DNA of 64,000 nucleotides from Bacteroidales bacterium. GTDB lineage: Bacteria; Bacteroidota; Bacteroidia; Bacteroidales; UBA932. The DNA lies in assembly GCA_016281015.1 (NCBI GenBank), contig JAEEHS010000074.1, positions 319-64,318 on the forward strand, in the 5' to 3' direction. A program made the position numbers and the translations under genes. Below are positions 58,882-64,000 of the stretch, piece after piece (the first letter of the stretch is position 1; every line of letters starts with the position of its first letter). The notes below the pieces were generated by a model. That model had not been told where the DNA came from. It searched no databases and saw only the letters and a list, made by a program, of their open reading frames with translations.

Positions 58882-59934
58882 ATGAAGAAGTTAAGCTTGA
58901 TTTTCGCCGCGCTCGTCATCGCCTCCTGCGGCACGACCAATAACTCATCCGTGACGGATGGCAACAAGTATGTCCCCTACGGCCAGCGGGACGGAGAAGA
59001 AGCCGTGGTCTATTTTACCCGCAATCTATCGGCGGAAGGGCTGATTGCGGCCTATGAGCAGGTAAACGGCGAGATCAGCGGAAAGGTGGGGGTAAAGCTC
59101 CATACCGGCGAGCAGCATGGGCCCAACATCATTCCCCGCGAATGGGTGAAGGCGCTGCTTGAAAAAGATCTTCCGGATGCGGCCATCATCGAGACGAACA
59201 CCTATTACAAAGGGGATAGATACACGACCGAAGCCCACCGCAAGGCCCTTCAGGTGAACGGATGGACCTTCTCCCCTGTCGATATCATCGACGAAGAAGA
59301 CACCCTTACCCTCCCGGTCGAAGGCGGGAAATGGTTCCAGAGGATGTCGGTGGGGAGCCATCTCGTCCATTACGATTCCATGGTGGCGCTCACCCATTTC
59401 AAAGGCCATACGCAGGGCGGTTTTGGCGGCGCCAACAAGAACATCGGCATCGGATGTGCCGATGGCCGCGTCGGCAAGGCATGGATCCACACCACGCCCG
59501 GCCAGCCCAACCAGTGGGACATCAAGGAGGAAGAGTTCATGGAGCGGATGACCGAGAGCACCAAGGCCACCATCGACCATTTCGGCAAAAAAGTCACCTA
59601 CGTCAATGTGATGCGCAACATGTCGGTTTCCTGCGACTGCGAGGGGGTCGGCGCCGCGCCGGTGGTCACGCCCAATGTCGGCATCCTGTCCTCGACGGAC
59701 ATCCTGGCCGTTGACCAGGCCTGCGTCGACATCATCTATGCCATGACCGCCGAGGAGCACCACGACCTCGTGGAGCGCATTGAAACGCGCCATGGCCTGC
59801 GCCAGCTATCCTACATGAAAGAGCTGGGCATGGGCCATGACAAATACGTCCTTATCGACCTGGACAACGGCGGAAAGCCGATCACCGCGGCCGATGCTGC
59901 AAAAGGTCTGAAGCCGTTTGTGAAAGAGCTGTAA
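58882..59934 (+). CDS. DUF362 domain lipoprotein (putative Fe-S)
   Basis: Lipobox VIASC, VKLHTGE, THFKGH..GFGGANKNIGIGC, SVSCDC and DILAVDQAC motifs. Confidence 0.85.
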   Translation: MKKLSLIFAALVIASCGTTNNSSVTDGNKYVPYGQRDGEEAVVYFTRNLSAEGLIAAYEQVNGEISGKVGVKLHTGEQHGPNIIPREWVKALLEKDLPDAAIIETNTYYKGDRYTTEAHRKALQVNGWTFSPVDIIDEEDTLTLPVEGGKWFQRMSVGSHLVHYDSMVALTHFKGHTQGGFGGANKNIGIGCADGRVGKAWIHTTPGQPNQWDIKEEEFMERMTESTKATIDHFGKKVTYVNVMRNMSVSCDCEGVGAAPVVTPNVGILSSTDILAVDQACVDIIYAMTAEEHHDLVERIETRHGLRQLSYMKELGMGHDKYVLIDLDNGGKPITAADAAKGLKPFVKEL

Positions 59935-59997
59935 GAGCAGCCGTTTCTGCTTCCGGAGCTCCTCCGGCCGCAGCTGTTGTTCCGCGCCTCCTTCCCC

Positions 59998-60205
59998 GGC
60001 AGATACAACAATGCCAGCGAGGTGGTTCGGTCTGGTCTTCGACTCCTTGAAGATCAGGAATATGCATCACGCCTTGCGGCACTTCGTTATGCCATTGACG
60101 AGGGCGAGGCCAGTGGTGATTGCCACAGCCAACCTAAATGATATCTGGGACTACACTTACGATACATGGTCGGCGGAGCATGCGAACATCAATTATGCGG
60201 GTTTG
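59998..60205 (+). pseudogene. Degraded ParD/ParE toxin-antitoxin module
   Basis: ParD core [36 protein letters not shown] (59998-60141, no start codon) runs into ParE-like [21 protein letters not shown] (from 60122). Confidence 0.75.
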
Positions 60206-60217
60206 ACTTGCCAGAGA

Positions 60218-62779
60218 CTATTTCTTTCTATATGGCTTCCTGTATTTTGAATTGAGATTAACAAATACAGTTTCTTGGTAATCACAGCCATATTTCTCAT
60301 TCGAACAGATTAAGACTGAGTACGGATTACCGTTCACTGCCACGCCTTTCTTGGTGACTATTACGCGCCCGCAATGACATTTAGGGCAGCGCTCCGATTC
60401 GGGGATGTCAGATCCGGGTTTTGTGACGGGATCCAAAGTCTTGACAAACTCTTTTACAAAAGGAGACGGATTGTTGATATCATACAGCACCCACGTGTGT
60501 TTCTTGGCTCGTGTAATTCCGACATAAAAAACTCTTCGTTCCTCGCTAAAGGCATACGCGTCCGGCTCGCTAAGAACATACTTCAGTACCGGGCTGTCAC
60601 TGATTTGGGAGGGGAAACCAATGGTCCCGCCATTGCAATTGATCAGGATGATGTAATCGCATTCCAGGCCTTTGGATTGATGGACGGTCATAAAGTTCAT
60701 CTGCCTGGAGCCATATTTGACATAAACCCGGTCTTTGGTCTCATGAACGATAAGGTCTGTGTTCTTGAAAATGTTCACATCAAAACCATATCGGCCCAGC
60801 AAGAGGATCTCCTTGTCAGCAGGAATCTGATCTGCGATAAATTTGACGGTCTCAATTACGCCATCGCGTCCTTCGGTAGACAGGAAGTCCAGTTTGGTTT
60901 CGGAATCCAAGCGGAAGGAGTGTACATTCTTAACGGCCTGTTCTGGATTTGCAAGGATGAATCTTGAGGACTCCGCAATCGCGGGCTCTCCAAAACGATA
61001 AGTGGTTTCCATCAAACACTTTTTCGTGTAGCCGAAGTAATCCTCGAACTGCTTAAACAAGGCCATGTCACTCCCTGCGAATCGATAAATAGACTGCCAG
61101 TCGTCTCCAACGCAGAAAAGCTTTGTAAGAGGCCTATCGCGCCTCAGCGCCTGGAGGAAGCGATATCGGTCCATTGAGATGTCCTGGAATTCATCCACAA
61201 GAATATAATCGTAGTCCGGCCGATGTCCATTGTTGCAAAGATTGGTAGCACGAATAATGGCATCAGTAAAATCAATCTCATTATTCTCTTCCTCCATCCT
61301 TTGGTAGGCTTCAATAAAAGGAGCAATGATGTCATTGACGGTAACAGCATCCGGCCCACTGCCAACCTGGGAGGAAATCTCCTCCATCGACCTGTCTCTT
61401 GACTTAAGGAGGAAATTGAATGATGTGAGCATGGCAAGGATGTTTTCTTCTTGCCTAAGCAACTCTCTGGAGACATTCTCGCTTGTAGCCTTGCTAAAAA
61501 CAGCGCCTTGCTCCAGGAGTTGTTTGCTAAGATTTTGGAAAACATCACCTCTCTGGAATCCGGCACTGGATGTTTCCAAAAGAATGGTACCTCTGTCCCT
61601 GTGACATTTTCTTTTCCATTCTATGCCTTCCAAGTATTTGTACTCCTCATCATAGGTAAACCAGTTTGGGCAGTGTCCAGACTCGTTGACTGCAAAATGC
61701 TCCAAATAAACGCGTTTTGTCTGACCGTCTGAGCCGTCAATATAGATGGAGAAATCCGGATTGTATTGCCGGTATTCTGCGTCTACGGTATTGAACTCAT
61801 ATTTTTCCTCATAGCGGAATTTGATGCCTCGGGAGCCCAGGAAATCACAGATCTTACTTTCCTCGTCCGACTTACAAAAAACAGGACGCCCGTCCATGTC
61901 TTTGAAGAATGCGTGAATTCCATGTTTCTGACGGTCTTGCATATAGTCCTGCATCGATGAATACTCGAATTGGTCTTTCATCGTATATCGGGACCTTAAG
62001 ATATAATCCGTGATAGCCTGCCGGAAACAGGGATGCTCGTGAGACAACTCATGATAGACCTGGACTGAGAAATCGGGTGGAGTAATTGTCGGTTTTTCTC
62101 CGGTGGCTTCTCCAATGATATCGAGTGCAAGTTTGTGAAATGTACGGCATTTCAAATCTTTCTCACCGAGCCTTTCGGAGAGCGATTCCGCCGCTTTTCG
62201 TGTAAAGGTAATAAGCAATATCTTATTGGCCGGGACATGTTGGACATCAATAAGATAGCGCACCTTCCCAACGGTGGTCATTGTCTTTCCGCTTCCAGCA
62301 CTACTGATTACCAGCACATTATCTTCAAGCGATACGACAGCCTCTCGCTGTTGAGCATCCAGCGGATATGCAAGAACGGTGTCGAAATAATGTGCGCAGG
62401 CGGCGAGCTGTTTCTCAATAAAATGGTCGTTGTTGTTCTTCTTGTGGGCCGATGTGTCGGTCATCGCATTGAGAAAACGCTGGAACACCTCTTTGTCGGG
62501 GCACTCTTCAAGCTCGCGCCATTTCAAGATGGTTCTTACCTCATTGGCAAGGTCGGCATACTTCTCTTCCAGATAAAGACGTTCAGATTCTGTGATGTAA
62601 TGGCTATACTTGAACAGACTACTTATCTCCAAGAAAGAGTCCTCCACTCTTGGCGTAAGCGATGCAATGGTGTCAAGCCTTTCCTGGTGCCTTTTTTTAC
62701 GCTGCCGTAAATGCAATGCAATGGCAAGCCCCAGGATGAGGATTGCGATAATTAGTATTGCAATTACGGTGTTCATCAT
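60218..62779 (-). CDS. UvrD-family DNA helicase IV-like protein with N-terminal TM, nuclease-like insert and C-terminal C4 zinc ribbon
   Basis: SSAGSGKT, TFTRKAA, VDEFQD, GDDWQSIYRF, TVHQSKGLE and YVGITRAK motifs; KSDEE..PDF..YLEH insert; CPKC..CSNEKYGC. Confidence 0.88.
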   Translation of the reverse strand: MMNTVIAILIIAILILGLAIALHLRQRKKRHQERLDTIASLTPRVEDSFLEISSLFKYSHYITESERLYLEEKYADLANEVRTILKWRELEECPDKEVFQRFLNAMTDTSAHKKNNNDHFIEKQLAACAHYFDTVLAYPLDAQQREAVVSLEDNVLVISSAGSGKTMTTVGKVRYLIDVQHVPANKILLITFTRKAAESLSERLGEKDLKCRTFHKLALDIIGEATGEKPTITPPDFSVQVYHELSHEHPCFRQAITDYILRSRYTMKDQFEYSSMQDYMQDRQKHGIHAFFKDMDGRPVFCKSDEESKICDFLGSRGIKFRYEEKYEFNTVDAEYRQYNPDFSIYIDGSDGQTKRVYLEHFAVNESGHCPNWFTYDEEYKYLEGIEWKRKCHRDRGTILLETSSAGFQRGDVFQNLSKQLLEQGAVFSKATSENVSRELLRQEENILAMLTSFNFLLKSRDRSMEEISSQVGSGPDAVTVNDIIAPFIEAYQRMEEENNEIDFTDAIIRATNLCNNGHRPDYDYILVDEFQDISMDRYRFLQALRRDRPLTKLFCVGDDWQSIYRFAGSDMALFKQFEDYFGYTKKCLMETTYRFGEPAIAESSRFILANPEQAVKNVHSFRLDSETKLDFLSTEGRDGVIETVKFIADQIPADKEILLLGRYGFDVNIFKNTDLIVHETKDRVYVKYGSRQMNFMTVHQSKGLECDYIILINCNGGTIGFPSQISDSPVLKYVLSEPDAYAFSEERRVFYVGITRAKKHTWVLYDINNPSPFVKEFVKTLDPVTKPGSDIPESERCPKCHCGRVIVTKKGVAVNGNPYSVLICSNEKYGCDYQETVFVNLNSKYRKPYRKK

Positions 62780-63147
62780 GATTCAAATAATAAACGAATC
62801 CGGAGGACTTCTTCAATCTTCATTTATAGCTCATCTGTGGCAGCTGCAGTGCTGGTCTGATAGATCTTCTCGTCCATATAGTATAGACCGCACATAGCGC
62901 CGTCATCAATTTTGTTCATTATGGGAACGACTGGTTGAATGCAAAGATAACAAAAAGTCTTCATTTGAGACACCAGTACTGAAGCGAAGAAACCTCCAGG
63001 CCGCCGCTCCGCTGATTGAAGACCTGGACACCAAACCGTGCCGGCATTTTGTATTTTGGAGTCAGTATTTATGACAACAGTCCGTCAACTGTATTTTACG
63101 ATATCATTTTGTGGCACTTTCTTATACGGCTTTACATAATTATTTGT

Positions 63148-63155
63148 TAAATTTG
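63148..63155 (+). promoter_or_regulatory. -7 promoter box (TAAATTTG) for hsdM
   Basis: TAnnTTTG match 38 nt upstream of the ATG at 63193. Confidence 0.55.
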
Positions 63156-63192
63156 TCAGAATAAGCTACAAAGAAACACATAACCCCTTAAT

Positions 63193-64000
63193 ATGGAAAG
63201 TTCCCACAGTCAGATGGTGAGCCTCATCTGGAACATTGCGGACGACGTACTCCGCGACGTGTTCCTCCGCGGCCAGTACCGTGACGTTATACTCCCGATG
63301 GTTGTACTCCGCCGTCTGGATGCCCTCCTGGAGCCCACGAAGGAAGAAGTGGACGAGGAAGTGAAATCCCAGCAGGAAATGAAGCTGGAAGTCCTGGACG
63401 AGGATGCCATAAAGGACATCACCGGCCTCAGCTACTTCAACACCAGCAAGTGGACGCTGAACCGCCTGAAATCCCAGGCCACCGACAACAACGACCTCCT
63501 GTACGACAATTTTGCCGAGTACCTCAACGGCTACAGCGAGAATGTCCGGGACGTTCTGAAAAACTTCGATTATTTCACCAAAGCAAAGAAACTGGCCGAT
63601 AATGACCGCCTGCTGGCCATCATCGAGCGCATCACCGACCCCCGCATCAATCTCACCGATAAAGATGTGAAGGGTCCTGACGGCCTGAAGATACCCGCCC
63701 TAACCAACATCGGCATGGGCACCATCTTCGAGGAACTCCTCCGCCGTTTCAACGAAGAAAACAACGAGGAAGCGGGAGAACACTTCACCCCGCGTGACGC
63801 CATCACCCTGCTGGCCCACTTGGTATTCGAGCCCGTGAAGGACAACCTTCCCAAGATTATCTCCCTGTACGACCCTGCCTGCGGATCCGGCGGCATGCTC
63901 ACGGAGGGCTGGGAATATCTCGTCGGCATAGGCGTCAATCCCAATGCCATCCAGCTCTCAGGAACAGAAATCAACCCGGAAACCTACGCCATCTGCAAGT
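63193..64000 (+). CDS. hsdM: Type I restriction-modification methyltransferase subunit M (3'-truncated by window; absent from the ORF track)
   Basis: MESSHSQMVSLIWNIADDVLRDVF..YRDVILPMVVLRRLD, FEELLRRFNE..AGEHFTPRD and YDPACGSGGML motifs. Confidence 0.93.
   Translation, partial: MESSHSQMVSLIWNIADDVLRDVFLRGQYRDVILPMVVLRRLDALLEPTKEEVDEEVKSQQEMKLEVLDEDAIKDITGLSYFNTSKWTLNRLKSQATDNNDLLYDNFAEYLNGYSENVRDVLKNFDYFTKAKKLADNDRLLAIIERITDPRINLTDKDVKGPDGLKIPALTNIGMGTIFEELLRRFNEENNEEAGEHFTPRDAITLLAHLVFEPVKDNLPKIISLYDPACGSGGMLTEGWEYLVGIGVNPNAIQLSGTEINPETYAICK

Noticed and set aside
53002-64000. Intact prophage, ICE or IS, or an attR copy of the tRNA 3' end
   Set aside because: No integrase, transposase, phage or conjugation genes recognised, and no tRNA-end duplicate seen by eye within the window.

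Overview
Bacteroidales-type chromosome segment, judged from repeated TAnnTTTG -7 promoter boxes, DUF3575/DUF4301-type genes and a GC-rich backbone. From left to right it holds: (1) a partial SGNH hydrolase and an envelope module made of a secreted coiled-coil protein, a 1311-aa outer-membrane protein with six tandem OmpA-like beta-barrels plus a C-terminal DUF3575 barrel, and an OmpA_C/TPR lipoprotein; (2) dnaK; (3) a ~23-kb Wzx/Wzy capsule/EPS locus (9872-33021) with two paralogous secreted beta-helix proteins, FdtA/FdtB, an ATP-grasp ligase, a deacetylase, an internally deleted opine dehydrogenase and an RmlD homologue lacking its catalytic Tyr; (4) rnhA-pdxA, an S26 peptidase/PqqD/nucleotidyltransferase/ABC exporter cluster with no visible precursor peptide, and recG; (5) a co-oriented pdxB-DUF4301-citDEFX-citC/G fusion-aconitase-icd run with no citrate synthase; (6) an LTA-synthase-family gene and tRNA-Ala(GGC), followed by a variable region full of gene relics (TPR, AAA-ATPase ends, parDE), SugE with a candidate guanidine riboswitch, a membrane-anchored helicase IV and the start of a type I R-M hsdM. 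The strongest novelty candidates are the seven-barrel OMP module and the citrate lyase-aconitase-IDH operon. All family assignments come from motif recognition by eye, not from database searches.
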